DNA of 64,000 nucleotides, taken from an uncultured Methanosarcinales archaeon (GTDB lineage Archaea; Nanobdellota; Nanobdellia; Woesearchaeales; DSVV01). Location: assembly GCA_964593285.1 (NCBI GenBank), contig CAZQHZ010000006.1, positions 1 to 64,000 on the forward strand, written 5' to 3'. Shown here in pieces: positions 11,318 through 21,719 of the stretch (positions are counted from its first letter, which is position 1; each line of letters starts with the position of its first letter). The notes under the pieces were generated by a model that was not told the DNA's origin, did no database searches, and saw nothing but the letters and a program-made list of their open reading frames with translations. Made by a program: the position numbers and the translations under genes.

Positions 11318-12103
11318 TTAATTTTCTAAATTTTTAACCATTCGTAAAATTATTTTTTCAGGTACTGCAAATATATCATACTTTGCAGAAAAAATTTTAT
11401 TATTTTCACTATAGCAATCAACTCTTGCATTAACATTTCTTTTACTAACTTTCTCAAAATTAACGATATAATCTAAATTATTATTAATTTTTAAAAAAAA
11501 GCCATTTTCTAAATTAATATCAAATGAATTATATACAGGTAATACATCTTTTTTTTCAAAAATCAAACTAACATCATTGAATTTTTCATTTGTATTATTT
11601 AAATAATCAAGCAAAATTTTTGAAGAATAAGAAATTGAATAAAGTGTTTTTACTAAATTTGTATTTTTTGTTTTAATTAAATTTGAATAAACATTTAAAT
11701 CATCATTTTTTATTAAGATAGATTTTTTATCTCCAGATAAATTTTCATCTAAATTTGCTTTATTAAAAAAATATGAAATATTATTTTCTTTTTTAAAAAT
11801 ATCATTACCTAAAGAATTATAAACACAAATAGGTAATTTCTCATTATCATATAATTTGACATTTGGCTTAATAAAATCATCAGAAAAAATCATTGAACCA
11901 AGATTAATTTTAACTGAATTAAAAAAATACAAATATTTTTTAAATTGTGAAATTGTAAATGCAATCGAATACATTCCAGGAACTATTGTTTTTTTATTCT
12001 TTTTTTTCATATATTTAGGACTATGTAAATTATTAAAATCTTTAGTTACATCACAAAATTTTTCAATCTTTTCATCACTAAAAATTAATTTTTCTAATTC
12101 CAT
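11318..12103 (-). CDS. MaoC-like hot-dog fold protein
   Basis: FCDVTKDFNNLH and IVPGM resemble the hydratase-2 motif. Confidence 0.6.
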   Translation of the reverse strand: MELEKLIFSDEKIEKFCDVTKDFNNLHSPKYMKKKNKKTIVPGMYSIAFTISQFKKYLYFFNSVKINLGSMIFSDDFIKPNVKLYDNEKLPICVYNSLGNDIFKKENNISYFFNKANLDENLSGDKKSILIKNDDLNVYSNLIKTKNTNLVKTLYSISYSSKILLDYLNNTNEKFNDVSLIFEKKDVLPVYNSFDINLENGFFLKINNNLDYIVNFEKVSKRNVNARVDCYSENNKIFSAKYDIFAVPEKIILRMVKNLEN

Positions 12104-12183
12104 AAAAACAAAAATATATATTTAATTTAAAAAATTAACTAAAGCTTATATTTTAAAAAAATTTAAAGAAAAAGAAAAAAAAA

Positions 12184-13458
12184 TTACAATTCATCTACAG
12201 TTAAAATTGTAACTTTTGATGGTTGTTTTAATTTATTTTCCATTGCAATTAAAAATTTAATATCAGTTTTTTCTGCAACTGAAAGTAAATCTTTTTCAAT
12301 AGAACCATCAAACACAACAGCATAAATTCCAGAATTTAAACTTTTAATAGTACTAACAAGTTCAGTAGTTGGAACTTTTCCTAAAATATTTAAATCTGAA
12401 TCAATAATATATGCACCACGTGTTCCAATTAAATTTTCAAGCATCCCTTTTATTTTTGTTTTTTCTTGCAGAGTGATTTTTTGTTGTTGCTGTGATTGTT
12501 GTTGTGTTTGCGATTGTTGGTTTTGCTGTCTATCTTTATATGAAACTGCATGATTTGGTCTTTTTTGATACTGCATTGAATGCCTTTTATTATAACTTTT
12601 GTTTGCATCATTATTTTCAGCATGTGTTGTCATCTCAAGTTTTGCTTGTTCACTTGAAATCTTACTTCGAAGTGCTTTATGAATTTCTTTTTTAGTTAAT
12701 TCCTCAACTTCTTTTCCATCTGGTGCAAAAGTTACAAAATCAATTTCAGCAACATCTAACAATTCCTTAATTATTAATTGTCCACCTCTATCTCCATCAA
12801 CAAAAATAGTCACTATTTTTCTTTTACACAATTCTGGAAGAGTTGATGGAACACCAGTTCCACCTATAGCAATTGCATTTTTAAAACCATGTTTCAATAA
12901 ATTTATAACATCAGCTCGCCCTTCAACAACCATAATTTCATCAGAATCCTCAACATTAGGCCCAGCAGGCAATCTTTCTTTCCCATATTCAGTAATTTCC
13001 ATTACTCTAACAGAATATGCAACCTCATCAGCTAATTCTTGAGAATCAGGCATACTTGAATCAATAAGACTTTTTAACAAACTTTTTGCCCTATCAATGA
13101 CATATTTTCTTTTTGAAACCCGCACATCTTCTATATTTTCAACCCTAATTTTTGCAATACAAGGACCAATTCTTTGAATTATCTCTAAAGCCGCCCCAAC
13201 AATAGAAGTTTCAGCTTTATCTAAACTTGATGGAATAATAATTGTTCCATTTGTTTTTCCAGATTTTGTTTCAACATTAACTTCAATTCTTCCAATCCTT
13301 CCAGATCTTTGTAATTCTCTAAGTTCCAAATCTGTTCCAAGCAAACCTTCTGTTTGTCCAAAAATTGCACCTATTACATCTGGTTTATCTACAATTCCTG
13401 TAATTGCAATACTTGCATGAATAATATATTTTGATGATACAGGACTAATTTTTCCCAT
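12184..13458 (-). CDS. dnaG: archaeal DnaG (TOPRIM; exosome-associated in studied archaea)
   Basis: [33 protein letters not shown]; start 13458 follows a GGAGGA SD; Gln-rich linker. Confidence 0.96.
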   Translation of the reverse strand: MGKISPVSSKYIIHASIAITGIVDKPDVIGAIFGQTEGLLGTDLELRELQRSGRIGRIEVNVETKSGKTNGTIIIPSSLDKAETSIVGAALEIIQRIGPCIAKIRVENIEDVRVSKRKYVIDRAKSLLKSLIDSSMPDSQELADEVAYSVRVMEITEYGKERLPAGPNVEDSDEIMVVEGRADVINLLKHGFKNAIAIGGTGVPSTLPELCKRKIVTIFVDGDRGGQLIIKELLDVAEIDFVTFAPDGKEVEELTKKEIHKALRSKISSEQAKLEMTTHAENNDANKSYNKRHSMQYQKRPNHAVSYKDRQQNQQSQTQQQSQQQQKITLQEKTKIKGMLENLIGTRGAYIIDSDLNILGKVPTTELVSTIKSLNSGIYAVVFDGSIEKDLLSVAEKTDIKFLIAMENKLKQPSKVTILTVDEL

Positions 13459-13499
13459 TTTAAATTCCTCCATACTCTACTTTTATATTTTTATAAATT

Positions 13500-13800
13500 A
13501 AATAGAACAAATAATGAAAAAATAATTATTCTTAAACCTAAAAAAACTTTTTACAGTTTATTTTTTCAAAAAAATAAAAAACATGTGAAATTTATGAATA
13601 AATAAGCATTATATTGTTCTATTTTCAATTTTAAGCATTAAAAATGTTTTGTTGCCCGTAAAACTAACTCCCAAGCTCATTGCTTGACTTTGTCGTATGC
13701 TTCCTTGAGTACTCTCGTAACGGGCTGTAATACGCAGGAGTGTCTTTATTTCATCGCTAAAAATATCTTATTTTACTCTAAAAAGGACCCATCTGCATAT
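13500..13800 (-). ncRNA. candidate structured RNA (dnaG leader or independent ncRNA) with predicted pseudoknot
   Basis: 43/90 GC at 13651-13740 in otherwise very AT-rich intergenic DNA; several short helices; 17-bp stem 13500-13516/13607-13624; no credible ORF. Confidence 0.65.
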
Positions 13801-13912
13801 TTTTGATTAATTTTAAATAATCAATCCGTATTTTTAAATATTTATATTATTTAACAATAAAATACAAAATAAAACAATAAAATTATAAATTACATGTAGT
13901 TTTTATAAATAA

Positions 13913-14620
13913 ATGATTAAAACTGATTATTTAAAAAATTACAACAATAAAATTAGTACAGGTAGCACTGTTTTTGATAAATTACTAGATGGTGGATTTG
14001 AAAAAGGAATTATTACTACAATCTATGGTGCTTCTGCAACTGGAAAAACAACAATTGCAATGCTTACATCAATTGAAAATGCAAAAAAAAATTTAAAAAC
14101 GTTCTTTATTGACACAGAAAAAGGATTTTCTATTGAAAGATTTAAACAACTTACAAATTCTGATAATTATTTATTATCAAAAATACTTCTTTTAAATCCA
14201 CATAATTTTTTTGAACAAATGAAAAATATTGAAAAAATAAAAAAAATTATTAACGATAAAATAAAATTAGTAATTATTGATACAATTTCTATGTTCTATA
14301 GATTTGAAATTAGTTCTAATAATGAAATAAAAAAAATTAATAATTTACTTGGAATACAAATTGCATGGCTTAGCGAGATTGCAAAAGAACAAAATATACC
14401 AATAATTATTACAAACCAAGTTTATAGTGATTTTAAAATAAAAGATAATGTGAAAATGGTAGGTGGCGATTTATTAAAATATGCAAGTAAATGTTTAATA
14501 GAATTAAAAGAAGTAAATGAATACAAAAAAGCAACAATAAAAAAACATAGATCTTTACCTGAAAATAAAGAAATTAAATTTAAAATTGAAAATTTTGGTT
14601 TTACTCAAATAAAAGATTAA
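13913..14620 (+). CDS. radB: DNA repair protein RadB
   Basis: Short RecA fold: GASATGKT, FIDTE, ITNQVY and the KHRS basic patch. Confidence 0.93.
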   Translation: MIKTDYLKNYNNKISTGSTVFDKLLDGGFEKGIITTIYGASATGKTTIAMLTSIENAKKNLKTFFIDTEKGFSIERFKQLTNSDNYLLSKILLLNPHNFFEQMKNIEKIKKIINDKIKLVIIDTISMFYRFEISSNNEIKKINNLLGIQIAWLSEIAKEQNIPIIITNQVYSDFKIKDNVKMVGGDLLKYASKCLIELKEVNEYKKATIKKHRSLPENKEIKFKIENFGFTQIKD

Positions 14621-14622
14621 TA

Positions 14623-15357
14623 TTAATTTTCATCTATTAAAATTGTTTTCAAATAAAATTCTTTTTCTAAAAATTCTTTTAAATTTTGCATAAATAAATC
14701 TCCTGGTTCATTTAAATCAATATAAGATTTTGATAATGTATTTCCTTTTTCAAATTTTTGTAATTTCCATATCCAATTATCGTTTATTTGTTTTCCAATT
14801 TTCACTAAATCTTCTTTTCTAAATAATAAACTTGGAATAATTGTAGTTATTATCTTAACATTTATTTTTTCTAAATAATTTTCAAATAAAATTAAAGTTT
14901 TTTTAAAATCATTTATTATTTGAGTAGTATTAATAAAAAAAGTACTAGATTTAGTTATTTTATAAAAATAGTTTTCATCTAATGGGCTTTTAAAATCTAA
15001 AATGAAATTAGTTATTAAATCATTCTTTAATAAATATTCAATACATTCAGGTTTAGAACCGTTTGTATGCAAAATTACTTCAATATTATTTTCTTTACAA
15101 AATAAAGATAATTCAATTAATGCAGCCCGCTGCAGTGTAGGCTCGCCACCACTAAAAATTACACATTTAGTATAACTTGTTAATTGAAGAATACTTTGTT
15201 TAATGTCCTTTAAATCCACCAAAAATTCTTCTTTCCTAAAAAGTAAATCAGGAGTATAACACCATGGACAATTAAAATTGCATCCAGAAAAATTTATTTG
15301 TGTAACTTCTTTATCATCATAATTAATATTTAAAACATCTTTTATATATGCTTCCAT
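14623..15357 (-). CDS. radical SAM protein, anaerobic RNR activase-like
   Basis: GCNFNCPWC, FSGGEPTLQ, HTNGS. Confidence 0.8.
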   Translation of the reverse strand: MEAYIKDVLNINYDDKEVTQINFSGCNFNCPWCYTPDLLFRKEEFLVDLKDIKQSILQLTSYTKCVIFSGGEPTLQRAALIELSLFCKENNIEVILHTNGSKPECIEYLLKNDLITNFILDFKSPLDENYFYKITKSSTFFINTTQIINDFKKTLILFENYLEKINVKIITTIIPSLLFRKEDLVKIGKQINDNWIWKLQKFEKGNTLSKSYIDLNEPGDLFMQNLKEFLEKEFYLKTILIDEN

Positions 15358-15388
15358 TTTTTATCAAAAGAACAAAAAAATAAAAAAA

Positions 15389-15475
15389 TTATTCTTCCTT
15401 TTCATCATCCTTTTTTTTTTTGAAAAATTTTGATAAAGTTTTATTTTTTTTTATTGTTTCATATTTAATGCTCAT
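15389..15475 (-). CDS. possible 28-aa small protein coupled to dut
   Basis: MSIKYETIKKNKTLSKFFKKKKDDEKEE*; ATGA overlap with the dut stop codon. Confidence 0.3.
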   Translation of the reverse strand: MSIKYETIKKNKTLSKFFKKKKDDEKEE

Positions 15476-15915
15476 TTTATACCACTGCTCCCAAATCCAC
15501 CTTCTCCTCTTTTTGAATTATCTAATTCTTGTTCATCTACTTCTTTTATATTTGCATTAACTATTGGCTGAATTAACATTTGAGCAATTCTTGTATTTTT
15601 TTCAATTTGAAAATCTTCATTACCTAAATTAATCATAACAACACCAACTTCTCCTCTATATCCAGAATCAATAACACCAGCAAGACAATGAAGAGAATGC
15701 TTTGCTGCAAGACCACTTCTATCCCAAATTAAACCAACAAAACCTTCTGGAATTGCCATTTTAATTCCGGTTTTTATTATTTTTTTTTCACCAGTTTTAA
15801 TCAATTCATTATGACTTGAACGTAAATCAAACGCTGCATCATGTTCATATGCATAAAAAGGCATATCAATACTTTTATCTAATCTTGAAATTTTCAATTC
15901 AACCAAATTACTCAA
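15472..15915 (-). CDS. dut: trimeric dUTPase
   Basis: Motifs AAFDL, RSGLA, GVIDSGYRGE, RIAQ and RGEGGFGSSG. Confidence 0.96.
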   Translation of the reverse strand: MSNLVELKISRLDKSIDMPFYAYEHDAAFDLRSSHNELIKTGEKKIIKTGIKMAIPEGFVGLIWDRSGLAAKHSLHCLAGVIDSGYRGEVGVVMINLGNEDFQIEKNTRIAQMLIQPIVNANIKEVDEQELDNSKRGEGGFGSSGIK

Positions 15916-15948
15916 TCCCCCAATATTTTTATTTTTTTTAAATTTATC

Positions 15949-16485
15949 TTAACTTTTTTTTAAATTCAATATAGATTCCTTTTTATGTGAAATTACATCT
16001 AAATTTAAAGCATTAACTTTAATATTTACAAAATTTAATGATTTTGTAATATAAGTAAAATTATAAATTGTATCTTCTTCAATTACTTGAAGAATAATCA
16101 TTTTTTTAGTAATTACTTCTGAATAATTTTTTTCAAAAAATGAATTAGTAAAATTTAATACTTCATCTAAATTTGTTTTAATATTATTTAAATTTAACTC
16201 TGATATTTTACCAGATTCCTTAAATGCTTCCTGTGCATCAATTATTTGAATAAAATCATCAACATCTTCATTTTCAATAAAATTAGTATATTTATCTACA
16301 TCATTTAAATTTATTTTTATAATAAAACTAATTATTTTATCTGTATCTGGATTATAATAACCAATTTGAATGTCTTGATTGTCCATCAAAAAAACATGAG
16401 CAAGATAATAATTACTATTATTCTTATGCCAATCAATAAACTTATTACTATTTGTTAATTTTTTAATAATTCGACTAATTTCCAT
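15949..16485 (-). CDS. hypothetical protein
   Basis: 178-aa ORF; no family recognised. Confidence 0.7.
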   Translation of the reverse strand: MEISRIIKKLTNSNKFIDWHKNNSNYYLAHVFLMDNQDIQIGYYNPDTDKIISFIIKINLNDVDKYTNFIENEDVDDFIQIIDAQEAFKESGKISELNLNNIKTNLDEVLNFTNSFFEKNYSEVITKKMIILQVIEEDTIYNFTYITKSLNFVNIKVNALNLDVISHKKESILNLKKS

Positions 16486-16597
16486 AAAAAAAGAAATTAA
16501 CTATTATTATAAAAAAGTTTTTAATTATTTATAAAACATATGAAAATTAAAAATTTTTGATTTAAAAACAAAATAAACTTTTAAAAAACCCTATAAA

Positions 16598-17131
16598 TTA
16601 AATAAATTCTTCAATTAATTTAATTTGATCTTCATGTGAATAAAGAAATGAAGAAAATATTTCAACTAATTGATCTGACTCAAGTAAATTAATACTATCT
16701 TTTAAAAAATTTAAATATTTTTTTTGAATTTGATACAATTCTGCAGTGTTATCTTCTTCATATTCATAAATTTTTGTTTTTAAAAAATTATCTTTTATAG
16801 CATCATTTAAATTAAAATCTTTTTTTAAAAAATTTTTTAAAATTAATAACTGATTTTCTTCAATTTTAATAATTGCTAAAAATAAATTTTTAATGATTTG
16901 ATTACTAATTTGATCAAAAGATTTTTTAAGAAAAGATAATGAATTAATTTTTTTATTTAGTAAATCATTAACTATTTTTTCTTCAAATGGCTCAATCATA
17001 AAATTTTCATAATAATATCTATCTGCTTTTATAATATTACTAGAAATTACATTACAATAAGGACAATTACTTGGTTTATCATTTAAAAGAAAACTATTTT
17101 TACAAATATTACATTTCCAAATACTTAACAT
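16598..17131 (-). CDS. rubredoxin-like domain fused to a degenerate ferritin-like domain
   Basis: WKCNIC...CPYC followed by a four-helix-type region with eroded ExxH motifs. Confidence 0.6.
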   Translation of the reverse strand: MLSIWKCNICKNSFLLNDKPSNCPYCNVISSNIIKADRYYYENFMIEPFEEKIVNDLLNKKINSLSFLKKSFDQISNQIIKNLFLAIIKIEENQLLILKNFLKKDFNLNDAIKDNFLKTKIYEYEEDNTAELYQIQKKYLNFLKDSINLLESDQLVEIFSSFLYSHEDQIKLIEEFI

Positions 17132-17297
17132 TTTTTTATTATATTTTTATAAACTATAAATGTCTTGCCACAATAAACGCACTTTTTTTTCTTAGTTTTA
17201 TTTATTTTAAAATCTAAAGATTGATATTTCATAAAATTATTACATTTTGGACATTTTAACATATACATTTTAAAATAAATATTAAGACATATCTACA

Positions 17298-18167
17298 TTA
17301 TTTATTATTACTATTTTTCACACTATTATGCTTTTGATTATTTTTATCAACACTTTCAGTTTTATTAATGCTCAAATTTTCATCAAACACTTCATTTCCC
17401 TTATTTTCTTCATTTCCCTTATTTTCTTCATTTCCCTTATTTTCTTCATTTTGATTTTTTAAATTTTTTTCATCTGATTTTTTTAAAGATTCATTATAAA
17501 CATTATCATTTTGCCCATCTATCTTTATTTCATCATTTAAATTATCATCCTTTTTTTGAGTAATAGCATTTTCACTATCAACTACTTCATTATTTTTTTC
17601 TTTAACAACATTATTTTCTTTATTATCATCAAACACATCAACCTTTAGTTGCTCTTCAATATCAAAATCTTTTATATTTTTAAACAACTTTGAAATATCC
17701 TTCTTATCTTTTAAATCGAAATATTCAAAAAATTTTTGTGTTAATTTTAAAATATATGTTCTTTTATATTTTTCTTTAATAATAAAACCTAATTGCTCTA
17801 ATTCGGTTATATGATCATATGCCTTATTAGTTCTAATATGAATAACTTCACTTTGTAAAATAGGAGATTTCCATGCAATGACCGCCAAAGTTTCCATAAT
17901 AGTTTTTGAAATTTCAGTATGTGGATTAATTTTTCTAACTAAAGATAAATATTTTTCTCTAATAGTCATTTTAAATCCACTACCTTCTTCAATTATCAAA
18001 ATTGGTGAATCATTTTTTATATAATCTTCTTTTAATTGTTTTGCTAACTTATTAATAATTTCAATCGATTTAAAATTAGTTAATTTAGAAATTTCTTCAT
18101 TAGTTAAAGTTCTGCCTGCAGAAAATAATAATGCTTCAATTTGTTTTTTTAATTCAGCTTCATCCAT
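17298..18167 (-). CDS. scpB: SMC-Scp complex subunit ScpB
   Basis: IEALLF and ETLAVIAWKSPI; low-complexity tail. Confidence 0.92.
   Translation of the reverse strand: MDEAELKKQIEALLFSAGRTLTNEEISKLTNFKSIEIINKLAKQLKEDYIKNDSPILIIEEGSGFKMTIREKYLSLVRKINPHTEISKTIMETLAVIAWKSPILQSEVIHIRTNKAYDHITELEQLGFIIKEKYKRTYILKLTQKFFEYFDLKDKKDISKLFKNIKDFDIEEQLKVDVFDDNKENNVVKEKNNEVVDSENAITQKKDDNLNDEIKIDGQNDNVYNESLKKSDEKNLKNQNEENKGNEENKGNEENKGNEVFDENLSINKTESVDKNNQKHNSVKNSNNK
17391..17451. repeat. 18-bp tandem repeat, about 3.4 copies, in the scpB tail (NEENKG)n
   Basis: Unit TTCATTTCCCTTATTTTC, three perfect copies plus a partial. Confidence 0.95.
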
Positions 18168-18299
18168 TTTTTTATTTAATTAAAAATCATTTAAAAATAT
18201 ATCTGTTTTACTAATAAATTGACATTTAATACTGCTTAAATAATTTTCGGAAAAATAATTATTATTTTTAAGAAAAAATAAAAAATAATTAATAAAAAA

Positions 18300-20444
18300 T
18301 TAATAAATTGGTATATTTGCAGGTTTCTCTTCTAAGGTAATATTTTTAACTGATTTTAATGTTTCAAGTTCATTTATCCTTAAAAGGGTTTGAGATTTTG
18401 TATAAAGCATATCTTCAATATACAAACTTCTCTCAACATTTGCACCATAATAATACCTTTGACTAGATGATGCCATTGAATGATCAATTAACCCTCGAAG
18501 AGTAATTTCATTTTCTGTTATCCTAAAAACAAATGCACCATTATATCCTTTTGATGGATCATCATAATCATGGCTATATGCTGGTATTACCAATAAATTC
18601 TTATCTTTTGAAAACAAAAACGCTTTATGTTCATATAATGCAGTTGATTGTGCATAACGCTCTTTTGTTACAAATGTTACTTTTTCTACAGGATTTTTTA
18701 CATCACTTACATCAAATAATGAAATTTTAAGTCCAGTAGTTCTACCAGTTTCTGTTGCATCCCTACCTATCCCAATAATTGTATTTTCATCGTATGGATG
18801 TAAATATCTAGAAAACCCTGGTATTTTTAATTCACCTAAATCTTTTGGATTTTCTGGATTACTTAAATCAATCACAAAAAATGGATCAATTTCTTTAAAT
18901 GTTACCATATATAATTTATCTTCAATAAATCTTGTTGAATAAATACTTTCATCTTCAGCTAATCCTTCAAGTGTTCCAATGATTTTCATTTCATCATCTA
19001 ATGTATAAACATTATTAGTTGATAATGTTCTATCTCTTGAAACACTAGACCACCTTCCACTAAGCGTTGTTGCAATTCTAAAAACATCATCATGTTCATC
19101 CATTGAAAATTGATTAATAATTTTTCCAGGAACCTTACCATTATTTTTTATAGTAATTTTTCCATTATCAATTTCAATCTTATTAATTATTGTATATTCA
19201 AAATATTCTATCTTTTCTATCTTTTCTTTTAATTTTAATTCTAATTTATCTTCTAATTCTTCCTGCTGTGTATTAGACATCATATAAACATAATTCATAT
19301 ACACCTCAACAATTTTTTGTTTTTTTTCATTTTGAGTTAATACATCATTATCAGTTAATTTAATTTTTTCAATTAATTCTTTATCTTCTTTAGTAATTTT
19401 ATCTTCCAAAAATTCCATCATAATATCCATTCGCAAATCATATTCATTAATATATTCAGAATATGTAATATAAATATTATTATGAGACATATACATATTT
19501 TGACTTCTCTCAACAGCAACTGATTTTGAATCAGTATTTTTTAAACTATCCAAATTAATAGAATAAACATTTATTAACTCAACATTGTTATATGGCCTAT
19601 TATAATAAAAAACATCATTAACTGCCATTGTTTTCAAATTTTCACCATCAATGATTATTGGAATTGGTGGTGTTATTTCATAATTCATACCAGTTGAAGT
19701 TACTAAATAAACTTCATTACCAATCATTCTTGCATTAAAATAATTTCCTTGAAATTTATATTCTTTAACTAATTCAGGATTTTTTTTATCAGATACATCA
19801 TATATATTAAAATATGAAAAACTACTTCGTGTGCTTAAATCATATTTTTCAAAATAATCCAGATCTCTAAAATTTCCAAAAACTGCAATTTTATCATCTT
19901 TTAAAAATAAATTTGATGGTTTTTGATCAAATTCAATAGTTGAAACAATTTCTGATTCATCCCCTGGATATGCATGTATTATAAACAAAGTATTTCCAGA
20001 TATTGTATAGATATAATTTCCATCTGTTTTTATTATATCTGCTTCATCAACACCTTTTACTTGTACATTTGTTTCTGAATAATCATTTGGCGTACTTTTT
20101 GCCATATCATTAGAAATTTCTGAAGACTCCATGGCAACAGAATCAACCATCATATCAGAACTAATCGCTCTATTAGAACTCATAGCATAATTAGCAGAAT
20201 TTTGCTCATTATTTTTAATAAATTCTTGAAATTCTTCTTCTGATTTAAAATTTAATGTTTTTAAATCCTTTGAAATATCTAAATTAATTTCATCATATGT
20301 TCCAAATTGATAATTTATATCTGTTTTAGAATCTGGTTTATCAATTTCACCGTTTGTGCAACCAATTAATGCAATTAATAAACTAAAAACACAAAATACT
20401 AAAAAAATTTTAAAAATATCATTATTATTCTTTTTTAATATCAT
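18300..20444 (-). CDS. secreted beta-propeller domain protein, probable lipoprotein
   Basis: Signal peptide with LIGC; YSETNVQVKGVDEADIIKTDG, NQFSMDE, LKIPGFSRYLHP. Confidence 0.88.
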   Translation of the reverse strand: MILKKNNNDIFKIFLVFCVFSLLIALIGCTNGEIDKPDSKTDINYQFGTYDEINLDISKDLKTLNFKSEEEFQEFIKNNEQNSANYAMSSNRAISSDMMVDSVAMESSEISNDMAKSTPNDYSETNVQVKGVDEADIIKTDGNYIYTISGNTLFIIHAYPGDESEIVSTIEFDQKPSNLFLKDDKIAVFGNFRDLDYFEKYDLSTRSSFSYFNIYDVSDKKNPELVKEYKFQGNYFNARMIGNEVYLVTSTGMNYEITPPIPIIIDGENLKTMAVNDVFYYNRPYNNVELINVYSINLDSLKNTDSKSVAVERSQNMYMSHNNIYITYSEYINEYDLRMDIMMEFLEDKITKEDKELIEKIKLTDNDVLTQNEKKQKIVEVYMNYVYMMSNTQQEELEDKLELKLKEKIEKIEYFEYTIINKIEIDNGKITIKNNGKVPGKIINQFSMDEHDDVFRIATTLSGRWSSVSRDRTLSTNNVYTLDDEMKIIGTLEGLAEDESIYSTRFIEDKLYMVTFKEIDPFFVIDLSNPENPKDLGELKIPGFSRYLHPYDENTIIGIGRDATETGRTTGLKISLFDVSDVKNPVEKVTFVTKERYAQSTALYEHKAFLFSKDKNLLVIPAYSHDYDDPSKGYNGAFVFRITENEITLRGLIDHSMASSSQRYYYGANVERSLYIEDMLYTKSQTLLRINELETLKSVKNITLEEKPANIPIY

Positions 20445-20562
20445 TTTTATCCTCCTTTTTAAAAATTATTTTTTTGTAAATATTTAATTATTTTAAAAGG
20501 TAGTTTTCCTGTTTTAATATGTTTTGTTATAACTTTAAAGTTATTTGAAGTTATGTAAAATA

Positions 20563-20997
20563 TCATTTAACTTTTTCAATTGAATCTGAAATTGAAACTA
20601 ATCCTTGTTTTAAATTTTTTAAATCTGCTATTTTTTCATGTGCAAATGGAGATAAAATCCATTTTTTATCATGTTCTTTTGTATAAGGATTTACAAAAAA
20701 TATTTTTAAATTAATAAATTTAGAAAAAGTATTCCAATTTTTAACACAACTATTTAAATTATTTTTACTATTTAAAGTAATAATATTAAATTGCTCATTA
20801 TTATTTAACTTTTTAATTTGATTAAATAAATCTTCAAGCAATGGCGTAACATAATATTTTATTTTATTTTCTTTATATGTAACTTCAACTAAATTATCAT
20901 TTAATTGAGTTATTTTGATTATCTTTTTTAAAAAAATGTCTCTATGTTTAATGTACTCAATAAACCAATTCTTTAAATCAATTATTATTTTTTCCAT
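20563..20997 (-). CDS. hypothetical protein
   Basis: 144-aa ORF co-oriented with the Nudix gene. Confidence 0.7.
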   Translation of the reverse strand: MEKIIIDLKNWFIEYIKHRDIFLKKIIKITQLNDNLVEVTYKENKIKYYVTPLLEDLFNQIKKLNNNEQFNIITLNSKNNLNSCVKNWNTFSKFINLKIFFVNPYTKEHDKKWILSPFAHEKIADLKNLKQGLVSISDSIEKVK

Positions 20998-21012
20998 TTT
21001 TTTTAATAAATT

Positions 21013-21417
21013 TTATTTTTCCTTTAAAAAAGTATTGAATTTATTACTAAAAAATAAAATATCTTCTTTATGTGTCAAAATTTTTCCTACATCATCAAAA
21101 TTTACCCAAAAAGCACTTGGGTTTTCTATATCAAGTGGTTTTAATTCTTTTTTATTTGTTTTAAATAAATATAAATGAATTCTTTTTATTTTATCTGTTT
21201 TACTACATCGTCTTTTAAAAAATCCAAGTTTTCTTATAAATTTTAATTCTTGTTTAAAAATACCTGTTTCTTCATAAATTTCTCTATAAGCACAATTAAG
21301 CAACTTTTCATTAATTTTTAAATGACCTTTTGGAAATGAATAAGTTTTGTGTTTTTGTTCAACAATTACCACTTTTTTTTCTGTATTAAAAATAATTCCT
21401 CCAGCACTAATTTCCAT
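21013..21417 (-). CDS. Nudix hydrolase
   Basis: SAGG and Nudix box PKGH...AYREIYEETG. Confidence 0.9.
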   Translation of the reverse strand: MEISAGGIIFNTEKKVVIVEQKHKTYSFPKGHLKINEKLLNCAYREIYEETGIFKQELKFIRKLGFFKRRCSKTDKIKRIHLYLFKTNKKELKPLDIENPSAFWVNFDDVGKILTHKEDILFFSNKFNTFLKEK

Positions 21418-21554
21418 ATAACATTTTTAATAGTTTTTATTAATAAATTTTTTGTTTATTAATCAATAAAAATATATATTTAATACAAAATTTAATATTC
21501 ACACAATATAAAATAAAAATATATTTTTACAAAATATCTAATATAATAGAAAAA

Positions 21555-21654
21555 NNNNNNNNNNNNNNNNNNNNNNNNNNNNNNNNNNNNNNNNNNNNNN
21601 NNNNNNNNNNNNNNNNNNNNNNNNNNNNNNNNNNNNNNNNNNNNNNNNNNNNNN
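21555..21654. other. assembly gap (100 N)
   Basis: Run of n. Confidence 1.
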
Positions 21655-21719
21655 TTTTATGGCTAACTTTACACTTACAAATAGAAAAACATATTAAATA
21701 ACTTTTTTTACTTATAAAT

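Noticed and set aside
13727..13732. UAUUAC beside the pseudoknot as a telomerase-like template for the AAT/AGT repeats
   Set aside because: A 6-nt match is expected by chance, no reverse transcriptase is in the window, and AGT/AAC/GAT variants are explained by single transitions.
13640..13800. GC island as RNase P RNA, SRP RNA, tRNA, fluoride riboswitch, or twister/hammerhead ribozyme
   Set aside because: No GAGGAAAGUCC-type P4 motif, SRP helix-8 motif, cloverleaf or CUGAUGA/GAAA core; fluoride- and twister-like words are only partial. Checked by eye only.
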